Shown piece after piece: positions 17,591 through 25,668 of a stretch of DNA of 57,081 nt. The translations under genes and the position numbers were made by a program. Numbering within the stretch: position 1 is the first letter of the stretch; the number at the start of each line of letters is the position of its first letter. Location: UHGV virus genome UHGV-1373670. One strand, 5' to 3'. A model generated the notes under the pieces. It was given only the letters and a program-made list of their open reading frames with translations, was not told the DNA's origin and ran no database searches. The stretch comes from a virus.

Positions 17591-18562
17591 TTAGAATGGT
17601 GCTTCTACTTGTGCATCCTTGGGCTTACCTTCTAACTTTTCTTCGGGAGCTGGTGGTGTGGTGGGCGTTGCCGTGGGTGACTCGTAGATCTCGCCCGTCT
17701 CTCCGTCGAAGTCGAGGGACTCGCTTGCGGTCTTACTCTCGATCTCGCGAGCGACTTTGTTTGTCACATCCTCCACAGAGGCGTATTCGTCGCGGTCTAC
17801 ATAGTGTGCTTCGCCTTGCTCATCGATGACAGCTTGGTCGCTCTTGATAGCGTTCTGCATCTCTACGGAGAGTGGAGCGTACTTACTTAGCAGGAGCTTC
17901 AGTACGGTCTTCTTCGCCATAGCGTCAAAGTCCGTTGTCCACTTGCTGGAGGACTTTACCCAAGCCTTCGTGCTCTTGTAGGTCTCGGAGTATCGGAGGG
18001 CGTGGGCTTCGACTTCTTCACGTGTCATATATAGGCACTTCGAGAAGCCGTTGGTCAGGCGGAAGTAAGCGACGTAGCCTATGATGGGGAGCGTCTCTCG
18101 GTTGGGCTTGGCTGCGAAGCGGGTCTCCCCTGTGAGGAGGTCGAAGTCTTGAAGCTCACCCTCCCTAACTTCGGTAACATTGATCGCTTGGAACTGACCG
18201 CTTCGGATGGCAAGCTGTATGAAGCCCTTGTATCCCAGCTGGAACTGCGCCTGTGCTGTGCCGTTCTTTCGGTTGTAAGGTATGACGTAGGCAAAGCCGA
18301 GGTTTGGATCGAGTGGCAGATCAAGGGCGGTCGCCTTGATCCCTGCATGGATGATCGTCAGCGGGTCGCAGGCTTGTAGCCCCGTGCTGTTTGCCACCAG
18401 TGCCGTGATGTTGTTTACGAAAGAGGACTTCTTAGCAGAGAGCACCCGCTGGAGGTAGTCTTGGGTGCGCTGGTCAGCGAGGATATGGTTGAAGCCACTG
18501 AGCGTGTTGGCTTGGGGCTGTGCAGGCGCGCTGGCCGTTGGTTGGATTGTCTGTGGTGTCAT
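17591..18562 (-). CDS. recT: RecT-family single-strand annealing recombinase
   Basis: Core resembles RecT (…GFAYVIPY…AQFQLGYKGFIQLAIRSGQF…); proline-rich acidic C-terminal tail; ATG-coupled to the upstream ATPase gene. Confidence 0.7.
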   Translation of the reverse strand: MTPQTIQPTASAPAQPQANTLSGFNHILADQRTQDYLQRVLSAKKSSFVNNITALVANSTGLQACDPLTIIHAGIKATALDLPLDPNLGFAYVIPYNRKNGTAQAQFQLGYKGFIQLAIRSGQFQAINVTEVREGELQDFDLLTGETRFAAKPNRETLPIIGYVAYFRLTNGFSKCLYMTREEVEAHALRYSETYKSTKAWVKSSSKWTTDFDAMAKKTVLKLLLSKYAPLSVEMQNAIKSDQAVIDEQGEAHYVDRDEYASVEDVTNKVAREIESKTASESLDFDGETGEIYESPTATPTTPPAPEEKLEGKPKDAQVEAPF

Positions 18563-18568
18563 GTTGTC

Positions 18569-20560
18569 TTAATTGATATGTGTGACGTTTAACTCCTTGT
18601 CGTCGGAGACTTGGAGGCGAATGATCTGTGATGTGAGGTCGTCGGGGAGAGTCTGTATGCTCTCGCTGTTGTCTACGAAGACGGGAGCGCATACCTGGTG
18701 GTGCTCACTGAGCACTCGTATGATCTCGAGCCCTGCCGTGATGCGGCTTGCGGTGTTGGCTGCCGTAATGGGCACTCCGTTTACCAGCGGCTGGCAGGTC
18801 TCTGAGGGGAACTCTCGGTTCTTGTCATCGATGGTGTACTCGAAGAGTCGGAAGGTCACGCCACGGAAGCGTGAGTTGATCACTCGCTCGCACTCCTCTA
18901 CCTGATGCAGTGCCAGGCGGGTGGCTTCGTATTCTTCCTTCTCTGCGTCGGCTATCTGCTGTGCGATTGCCTTGGCTTCGTCCTCGAGGATCTTGATGCG
19001 GTTTGTGTAGTCGTCCCACTGATCCTGTGATGCGAGTCGCTTCTTGATCTCGTCGCGTCGGTCGGAGAGCTTCTTGCGCTTGGCGGTGTATGCCTCGGTG
19101 CTGTCGGTCTCGATCGTTGCGTTGTCGGCTTGCTTGAGTAGCTCTTGGATCTGCTCCTCGAGTTCGTTGTAGCCTGGGAGCTGCTCAGCTGGCGTGGGCT
19201 TTACGGCTTCCTCTTCGGGGAGATCGAGGAGATCGGCTTGCTGCTTGATGAGTATTTCATTGAGTAGGGTTGCCTCATCTTCGTTCTGTAGGATGATTGC
19301 CTTCCCACCAATTAGATCCTCTTCGCATTTTGCACTTCTCTCTTTTAGGAGAGTACCCTCTTGGGCTATGGCGTCGAGTCGTGCTTTCTTTTCACTCTGC
19401 CATACTGCCTCAGCCTTTGCGATTTGCTCATCGGGGAGTTGCTGGTGGCAGTGTGGGCAGGTCGTCTCACCATTATATATGGTAGCGTGGAGTGTCATCC
19501 ACTCTTCGCGCTTAACAAGCATCTGCGCTTTAAGCGACAAGGCCAAATCAGAGAGCTCGTGGTATTGAGTCAAGAATGAAGAGCTTTTACTTTTGCATTC
19601 CTCTAATCTTCGCTTCGTCTCGTCGATCTTGTGCTGGAGCTCCCGACGATGTGCCCCTCGCTGGTAGGTCTCTTCGTCGGCTCGCTTGTGCTCCTCGGCA
19701 ATGAGCTGACGCTGCTTGCTTCGGAGCTCCTGGATCTTGGCTTCTCGCTCGCTGGCCTCCTTGTCCTGCTTGCGCAGTCGCTCGGAGCTGCTGGCGATTG
19801 CCTTGTCTATATCGGTAAGCTCAGCTTCGATCCCTGCAAGTTCAGGCTCGAGCGTCTTGCGGTCCTGCCATTGTGGTAGCAGGATGCGCGTCTGATCGAT
19901 CTTCGGCTGGATCTTGGCTGCGTCCTCCTTGAGCTTCTTCTTGCGAGCTGCAATGCGTCTGCGGAAGTCTGCCAGGCTCTTACCATTGAGCTTGTCTACC
20001 AGCCCCTCCCACTCGGGAGAGGATGCTGCGATCTCCTCGATGCTTGGCGTGTGTGCCACGTCGAAGAGGATAGCGCGCTGGTCCTCCCATTTCAGGGAGG
20101 CGAAGTACTCGGGGTTTGTCAGCAGCTTGAACGTCGTCTCATCTATCAGAGCGGAGAGACGCTTGCCAAACTCCGTGACGCTGACGGGGACGTCGTCCCA
20201 GTAGCAGTCGGTGTGGTGGCCTCGGAAGACCTCCTCAGCTTGTCCGCGGGGCTTGACCCACTCCTCTACATAAGCGCGTCGGAGTGTGAGCGGCTCGCCA
20301 TCGACGGAGAGCGTCAAGGATACTTCGCAGGGGGCTTTGTCTGTGGTGTTGCCAGCCTCGTCGTAGCTCTTGACGTCCTCGTCCTTGCGTCCGTTGCGGT
20401 CCTTGCCGAACAGACACCAAAGGAAGGCATCGAGGTGGCGACTCTTGCCTGAGCCGTTAGGCCCTGCAATGATTGTCTCGTTGGGAGAGAAGGTGGTGGT
20501 GCGTTCTCGCTCACCCCTGAAACCTATCATGGTGAGCGATGTCAATCGAATTGTCTTCAT
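18569..20560 (-). CDS. SbcC/Rad50-like SMC-family ATPase (recombination-associated)
   Basis: N-terminal Walker A IIAGPNGSGKSRHLDAF; long coiled-coil with a CxxC zinc-hook-like CPHCHQQL; C-terminal signature/D-loop region (ITAGLEIIRVL...VFVDNSESI). Confidence 0.65.
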   Translation of the reverse strand: MKTIRLTSLTMIGFRGERERTTTFSPNETIIAGPNGSGKSRHLDAFLWCLFGKDRNGRKDEDVKSYDEAGNTTDKAPCEVSLTLSVDGEPLTLRRAYVEEWVKPRGQAEEVFRGHHTDCYWDDVPVSVTEFGKRLSALIDETTFKLLTNPEYFASLKWEDQRAILFDVAHTPSIEEIAASSPEWEGLVDKLNGKSLADFRRRIAARKKKLKEDAAKIQPKIDQTRILLPQWQDRKTLEPELAGIEAELTDIDKAIASSSERLRKQDKEASEREAKIQELRSKQRQLIAEEHKRADEETYQRGAHRRELQHKIDETKRRLEECKSKSSSFLTQYHELSDLALSLKAQMLVKREEWMTLHATIYNGETTCPHCHQQLPDEQIAKAEAVWQSEKKARLDAIAQEGTLLKERSAKCEEDLIGGKAIILQNEDEATLLNEILIKQQADLLDLPEEEAVKPTPAEQLPGYNELEEQIQELLKQADNATIETDSTEAYTAKRKKLSDRRDEIKKRLASQDQWDDYTNRIKILEDEAKAIAQQIADAEKEEYEATRLALHQVEECERVINSRFRGVTFRLFEYTIDDKNREFPSETCQPLVNGVPITAANTASRITAGLEIIRVLSEHHQVCAPVFVDNSESIQTLPDDLTSQIIRLQVSDDKELNVTHIN

Positions 20561-20578
20561 AATGTGTCGTGTATTAAT

Positions 20579-20615
20579 GAGTGTCTACTTTGTTGCGTGG
20601 TTGCGCTCTCCCGAG
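20579..20615. repeat. copy 1 of a composite direct repeat (gagtgtctacttt-N14-ctctcccgag)
   Basis: Identical 13-mer and 10-mer at the same 27-nt offset recur 168 bp downstream. Confidence 0.7.
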
Positions 20616-20746
20616 TTGGCCACGCTCGTACATTGCTGGCGGTTGCACCCTCACGGGCTTGCCGTCATAAAACGATAGATAAGATTCATCACTATTATAT
20701 CGGGCGGTATGACAGACCCGATGGGGAGCCGCTCGAAATTGCGGCT

Positions 20747-20783
20747 GAGTGTCTACTTTTTTTGGCAGCCCTACTCTCCCGAG
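20747..20783. repeat. copy 2 of the composite direct repeat
   Basis: gagtgtctacttt at 20747-20759 and ctctcccgag at 20774-20783. Confidence 0.7.
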
Positions 20784-20925
20784 CAAGGCTACCACTCTTA
20801 ACTTAACTAAAACAGCAATCAATAATGAAAAAAACCACTTTGTGTGGCGGCCGTGCCCCTTACAACACGACCGCCATTCTCAACACAATACACATACGTA
20901 AACAATCCGCATGTTGCTCTTACAA

Positions 20926-21117
20926 TTAGTAGTCATCCCCGTCTCTGTTATCGTACAGCTCTTTGAATGTGATCGGGAGCATAGCAGGGGCGAAGATCTG
21001 AATGATGATGCGGGGCATATCATTGAAGTGCCAGCCCATAGCGTAGATAGCGAAGGAGAGGAGGGTCAGGATAAGCGAGCAGGTGAGCGTCGCTTTCATG
21101 GAAATCTTACGTGTCAT
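20926..21117 (-). CDS. small membrane protein (about 63 aa)
   Basis: Internal start MTRKISMKATLTCSLILTLLSFAIYAMGW... of listed ORF 20926..21216; two hydrophobic helices. Confidence 0.35.
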   Translation of the reverse strand: MTRKISMKATLTCSLILTLLSFAIYAMGWHFNDMPRIIIQIFAPAMLPITFKELYDNRDGDDY

Positions 21118-21322
21118 AGTCGTATCTCTTATTATTATATGTAGTGTCGTCAGGAGGGTTGCGACCCTCGGGGTTTCCGTGCCTTCCACGGCTTCGCTCT
21201 TTGCGCAATAGGCCAAAGACTAACGACAATGGTTAATCACGCGCGGGCCTTTCACCCGCAGATTAATTCGTATCGCCATTGTTTATATCAAGTATGTCAA
21301 AGATCGCGGAGGACTGAGGGGC

Positions 21323-21538
21323 TTATCCCTCGGCAGAGGTGGTGCTGGACAGCTTTTCAGCTCTCTCGAGAGCGTTGTAGACTGTGTTCATGCTCACCTT
21401 GTACTTCTTGACGAGAGCTTTCTTGCTCTGCCAAGCCCCCCTGCCTTGCTCCAGGAGTCGCAGGTAGTCTGCCTGCATTTTCAGAGCTCGCGCATCTAAC
21501 TTTTCAGCGTGGCTCTTAGGAACTCTTATTTCAGCCAT
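21323..21538 (-). CDS. Cro-like helix-turn-helix transcriptional regulator
   Basis: 71 aa, HTH ALVKKYKVSMNTVYNALERA; divergent from the CI-like repressor gene. Confidence 0.55.
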   Translation of the reverse strand: MAEIRVPKSHAEKLDARALKMQADYLRLLEQGRGAWQSKKALVKKYKVSMNTVYNALERAEKLSSTTSAEG

Positions 21539-21598
21539 AGTTGCAGGTGGTAGATTATCTTTATATTTGTTTCGGATTTTACTCCAATTTTGGAGGTT

Positions 21599-21632
21599 CC
21601 TTTGTAGCTCCGCTTGAACTACACTACAAAGG
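21599..21632. promoter_or_regulatory. candidate operator: perfect 9-bp inverted repeat cctttgtag-N16-ctacaaagg
   Basis: Seen directly in the divergent cro-like/cI intergenic region. Confidence 0.6.
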
Positions 21633-21658
21633 TAGGAACAATAATTCCTATTTCCAAA
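21627..21658 (-). promoter_or_regulatory. Bacteroidota-type promoter for the cro-like gene and early operon (-7 TAccTTTG, -33 TTTG, 20-nt spacer)
   Basis: The plus strand shows CAAAggTA (21627-21634) and CAAA (21655-21658). On the minus strand these are TAnnTTTG and TTTG with consensus spacing, and they overlap the operator half-site. Confidence 0.5.
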
Positions 21659-21732
21659 TCTTGCGGTAATAATTATTCCTAAATACTACTTAACCTCCTG
21701 TTTGTCAGGGAGAAAAAAATTTAACCTGCGGT

Positions 21733-22431
21733 ATGAACAAGGAAGCAGAAACCATTGGAGCAAGGGTACTCGCGAGAGTGCTTGCCCATATAGGAATAAA
21801 ATCACCCACACTGGCAAACAATGTGGGTGTGGAATACAAGCGTGTGCAGAACGTGGAAACGGGCAAGACAAAGAAGGTATCGGGAGACCTGGCGTCTAAG
21901 ATAGTAACAAGGTATCCTGAGTTCTCACTGGACTGGCTGCTCACGGGTGAGGGCCCGATGCTCAAGGAAGAGAAGGTGAACGAGAAGGAGGAGGAGTACG
22001 AGCAGCTCCCCCGCATCACAGAGGACAAGGGACGACCCTACTACGACGTGGATTTCCTCGGAGGCTACGGAGAGTTTGCCGACGACCCAGCAAGCGCACC
22101 CGTTGCCTATATGATAGACTACCCACCATACAATAAGGAGGGCGTGTTCTATATGAATGTCCGTGGGGATAGCATGTCGCCTGAGATAAACAGCGGGGAC
22201 TTAGTTGCACTCCGACCTATCGAAGCGTGGTATGACTTCCTTCTCCTCGGGAAGGTATATGCTATCGTCACGCTCTCAGGACAGCGAACCATCAAGCGTC
22301 TGCGTCGTGGTAGCGACAGCGAACACTATACACTCGAACCAATCAACCCAGCATACGAGAGCCAAGAGATACCAAAGACACAGATCGAGCGCGTCTTCGA
22401 AGTTCTCGGTGGAATACGTAGATATGAATAG
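21733..22431 (+). CDS. CI-like repressor with a C-terminal S24 (LexA-like) peptidase domain
   Basis: N-terminal HTH; C-terminal VRGDSMSP (Ser nucleophile) and IKRLRRG (Lys general base). Confidence 0.75.
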   Translation: MNKEAETIGARVLARVLAHIGIKSPTLANNVGVEYKRVQNVETGKTKKVSGDLASKIVTRYPEFSLDWLLTGEGPMLKEEKVNEKEEEYEQLPRITEDKGRPYYDVDFLGGYGEFADDPASAPVAYMIDYPPYNKEGVFYMNVRGDSMSPEINSGDLVALRPIEAWYDFLLLGKVYAIVTLSGQRTIKRLRRGSDSEHYTLEPINPAYESQEIPKTQIERVFEVLGGIRRYE

Positions 22432-22433
22432 CC

Positions 22434-23042
22434 ATGGCAAAAGAAAATCCAACTCCCGTTAAGAGGTCATACCTGTATCGAAGCACCTATGTTTGGGTTG
22501 CTTTGATCCTAAGTATTGTATCCCTTGGATCTACGCTGTATGTAGCACTATCTTTCCCTCTAATGCGAGACTGGATGGACTATCTATGGCCTATACCTCT
22601 ATCCTCCCTCGCATCACTCCTCCTTATCCTTATCCTTGGGCGCGAAGTCAAAGCCCTTGGCGACCATCGCGTGGAGAGCTCCCCTGAATATATTTTGGAG
22701 GCTGATGCCAAGAGAATGTTAGCCCACGCTATATTCATTGTTGGTGCAGGTACATTGATTTCCGCATCAATGGGGGGTAGTGGTAATTTCACATTGCTCA
22801 TAGGGGGTACTATATTCACTACCGCTGTGATGTTTTTGGTGATCTTCGAAGCAAAAGAAAGGGCGACAAACATCAAATTGGGATCAATATCCTCTCAAGC
22901 TGATAAGATCAAGGAGGTGGAGCATCATGTTAATGCCATTAACCACAGACTCAGCGAACAAGAAAAGCTGATGCAGGAGATATTAAAGGAGCTGAAAGAA
23001 CTCAAGGAGTCCTCCTCGAGAGCCAGTGGAGGTGTTGCATAA
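22434..23042 (+). CDS. multi-pass membrane protein with a C-terminal coiled coil (candidate superinfection-exclusion or moron gene)
   Basis: Four hydrophobic helices; position between the repressor and integrase genes. Confidence 0.45.
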   Translation: MAKENPTPVKRSYLYRSTYVWVALILSIVSLGSTLYVALSFPLMRDWMDYLWPIPLSSLASLLLILILGREVKALGDHRVESSPEYILEADAKRMLAHAIFIVGAGTLISASMGGSGNFTLLIGGTIFTTAVMFLVIFEAKERATNIKLGSISSQADKIKEVEHHVNAINHRLSEQEKLMQEILKELKELKESSSRASGGVA

Positions 23043-23109
23043 TCTGCAACAACTCACAACCATTTCGTTGGCTTCACCGAAATGGTTTTACAATACAACC
23101 CCGCACAAC

Positions 23110-24429
23110 ATGCTACCTATACGTCGCACCTGCCACTTCTTCCTGGATCCGCAGAAGGGGTGGACCGCTCTCAAGATACGCTACCGCATACGCTATGCAG
23201 GATACGTGACTAACGTAGCCGTGGGGCATCGTGCAGAGCCAAGCAAATGGAGCACAGAGGCCGAACGCTGCCTAAAGAATACCAGCCACGGAGACAAGCG
23301 TACGCCAGCTGCTGCAATCAACAGAGCTATCCAATACGTCGAGGAGTCAATGGAGCGAGCCTTTGCCTACTTCGAGGCAGAGGAGCGACTGCCAAGCCCC
23401 GAGGAACTCAAAGCCAAGTACAACGAGTACCTGCAGTCAGCCCTCGGCATCGAAGAGACCAAGGCGCAGGCAATACTCCCCGAGGACAACAGCACTATCG
23501 TAGCAGTGTTCGACGCATTCGTCGCATCAGAGAGCGTCCGCAGGAGCTGGAGCGAGAGGCACAATGCGAACATACGCACAGCACGTATGCACGTATCTGA
23601 GTATGCAGGTAAGGACACCCTGGACCACATCAGTAGCGAGTGGGTGGCAGGCCTTATCACCTACCTCACCACGAAGCGAGGACTCCTCAACACATCAATA
23701 GACAAGACGCTGCGCATACTAAAGAGCCTACTCTACTGGGCACAAGGCCAGGGGCTATATGAAAAGGATTACCGACGCTTCTTTGACGTACGTCTCAAGG
23801 GTATCGACGCAAACAGAGCCGAGGTATATCTCACGTGGGAAGAGCTGAGTAGTCTTGTCTCCGTGGATCTCAGATTACATTCAGAGCGAGTAGCCCGCGA
23901 CCTCTTCTGCTTCCTCTGCTTTACAGGGCTTCGATACTCCGACCTCAAGAAGCTGACCCACGACAGCATCACACCTACGTCCATCAGGTACTACGCTCAG
24001 AAGACTGACCAACTTATCGAAGTAAACCTCAATGACCACGCCCGTGCTATCCTCGCAAAGTACGAAGGAGGGGACACCCCACTGCCACCAATGGCGGAGC
24101 AGCGACTCAACAGAACGCTCAAGAGTGTATGCGAGCAGGCGGGCATCAACGCGCCCGTCACACGACTACGCTACTCAGGACGTCACCGCATCGAGGAGAC
24201 ACTGAAAAAGTATGAGGTCATAACCTCACACGTCGGCCGTCACACATTCGTGGTGCAGGCCCTCACACTCGGCATCCCCTCTGAGGTTATCAGGAAGTAC
24301 ACGGGCCACAAGACCGAAGCAACCATGCGCCCATACATCGCAATAGCCGATACCCTCAAGGCTCAAGAAATGGAAAAGTTCAATCGTCCCCTGCTCGAGA
24401 AAAAGAGGACGAATAGAGGACGATTTTAG
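23110..24429 (+). CDS. tyrosine site-specific integrase (Bacteroidota phage-integrase type)
   Basis: C-terminal catalytic region ...SHVGRHTFVVQAL...HKTEATMRPYIAI (H-x-x-R ... Y); N-terminal arm-binding-like segment. The listed ORF starts at 23026; I prefer the ATG at 23110 (MLPIRRTCHFFLD). Confidence 0.75.
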   Translation: MLPIRRTCHFFLDPQKGWTALKIRYRIRYAGYVTNVAVGHRAEPSKWSTEAERCLKNTSHGDKRTPAAAINRAIQYVEESMERAFAYFEAEERLPSPEELKAKYNEYLQSALGIEETKAQAILPEDNSTIVAVFDAFVASESVRRSWSERHNANIRTARMHVSEYAGKDTLDHISSEWVAGLITYLTTKRGLLNTSIDKTLRILKSLLYWAQGQGLYEKDYRRFFDVRLKGIDANRAEVYLTWEELSSLVSVDLRLHSERVARDLFCFLCFTGLRYSDLKKLTHDSITPTSIRYYAQKTDQLIEVNLNDHARAILAKYEGGDTPLPPMAEQRLNRTLKSVCEQAGINAPVTRLRYSGRHRIEETLKKYEVITSHVGRHTFVVQALTLGIPSEVIRKYTGHKTEATMRPYIAIADTLKAQEMEKFNRPLLEKKRTNRGRF

Positions 24430-24779
24430 TAGCGTTATATTGCTTCCTATTATCCCCTATTATCTCAAGCCCACTACGCAAGCCCGCTCCGCAAGCGCAA
24501 TAGAGAATAATAGAGCGCAATAGCGAGTGGTTATTGATACTCCCACTCTGGGTACAACTATGCTTTGCAATTCATTGAATTACAGGTATATACAAGAAGA
24601 AGGATTAAGCAGAGGACGATTTAGGGGACGATTTTATACCCGCCTTCTAAATTAGATAGGTTTACATTTGGGAGATACTTCGGGATTTCGCATACCTTTG
24701 TAGACAAGAAAGCCAAGCAGCTTTTTCTTTACAACCACCAGTTTAGAGCGGGGAGGCCCACAGCTTCCTCGCTCTTCTT

Positions 24780-25064
24780 TTATGCCATCTCCTCAGCGAG
24801 CTTCGTAAGGTCGTCCTCAACGGATGCGCTGTTCACATTCGCTGTAAGGTCTACCTGGGTGCTCTGCATCTTCGGCAGCACGAAGCCCATGAGCTTAACC
24901 ATGACGTCGAGGCGGTCCTTCGGTGGCAGTGCATCGAGGTCCTCCTTCATCAATCCGCTCTCTTGATACTTGTCAAGCACATTCACTATAAGCTCTCGGC
25001 TTAGCTTCGTTGTCTTGTTCACTGAGCCAGGCTTTCGCCCGCCAGTCTTTCTTCCCTTTGCCAT
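24780..25064 (-). CDS. small basic protein with an AT-hook-like N-terminus (MAKGRKTGGRKPGS), hypothetical DNA-binding
   Basis: 94 aa; lone minus-strand gene between the integrase and the plus-strand virion block. Confidence 0.4.
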   Translation of the reverse strand: MAKGRKTGGRKPGSVNKTTKLSRELIVNVLDKYQESGLMKEDLDALPPKDRLDVMVKLMGFVLPKMQSTQVDLTANVNSASVEDDLTKLAEEMA

Positions 25065-25147
25065 ATTGCTTTACTCTATATGTCGTGTGCGCGCTAAGCT
25101 ATCACATTATCTTGCACCACATATAACATATAGAGCAGTAAACAGAT

Positions 25148-25666
25148 ATGGCATTACCAATCGCAAGCCTTGTCGGTGCAGGCATCGGAGCTATCGGGAG
25201 TATCTTCGGGGGCATCGCAGCAAGCAAAGCAGCCAAGCGCGCACGCCAGGGAGTCATGAGCAGCATGCGTGACAATCAGACCTGGTATGATAGACGATAC
25301 AACGAGGACGCACTCCAGCGAGCCGACGCCCTCAGAACTATTGAGCGCACCCGTGAGGCTATCGCCAAGCGCAACCAGCGTGCACAGGCAGTGCAGGCCG
25401 TCATGGGTGGCACAGAGGAGTCGGTGCAGGCGGAACGTGAGGCGGGCAATGAGGCTCTCTCCAACGTCGCCAGCGCAATAGCCGCAGACGGAGCAAAGCG
25501 CAAGGACCTCATCGAGAGCCAGTACATCCAGCGTCGTGACGGCTTCCAGCAGCAGCTCAACCAAATCGAGAACAACCGAGCCCAGGGGATCACACAGGCT
25601 ATCGGAGGTGTAGCACAGGCAGGCGCAGGTATCGCCAATGCCTTCGACCCACAAAGCAGTAAGTAA
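25148..25666 (+). CDS. hypothetical protein with a glycine-zipper-like hydrophobic N-terminus (candidate internal or ejection virion protein)
   Basis: MALPIASLVGAGIGAIGSIFGGIAAS...; coiled-coil rest; first gene of the block that includes the giant protein. Confidence 0.4.
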   Translation: MALPIASLVGAGIGAIGSIFGGIAASKAAKRARQGVMSSMRDNQTWYDRRYNEDALQRADALRTIERTREAIAKRNQRAQAVQAVMGGTEESVQAEREAGNEALSNVASAIAADGAKRKDLIESQYIQRRDGFQQQLNQIENNRAQGITQAIGGVAQAGAGIANAFDPQSSK

Positions 25667-25668
25667 CC

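Noticed and set aside
20561-21320. tRNA, tmRNA or ncRNA gene in the longest noncoding stretch
   Set aside because: No cloverleaf-compatible segment or GTTCGA/T-loop-like motif found by eye. Only direct repeats and a hairpin. An ncRNA cannot be excluded without covariance search.
23026-23109. Integrase start at 23026, overlapping the upstream membrane-protein gene by 17 nt
   Set aside because: The first 28 residues lack the basic N-terminal pattern of these integrases. The ATG at 23110 begins a typical arm-binding segment. Either start is possible and the coordinates carry reduced confidence.
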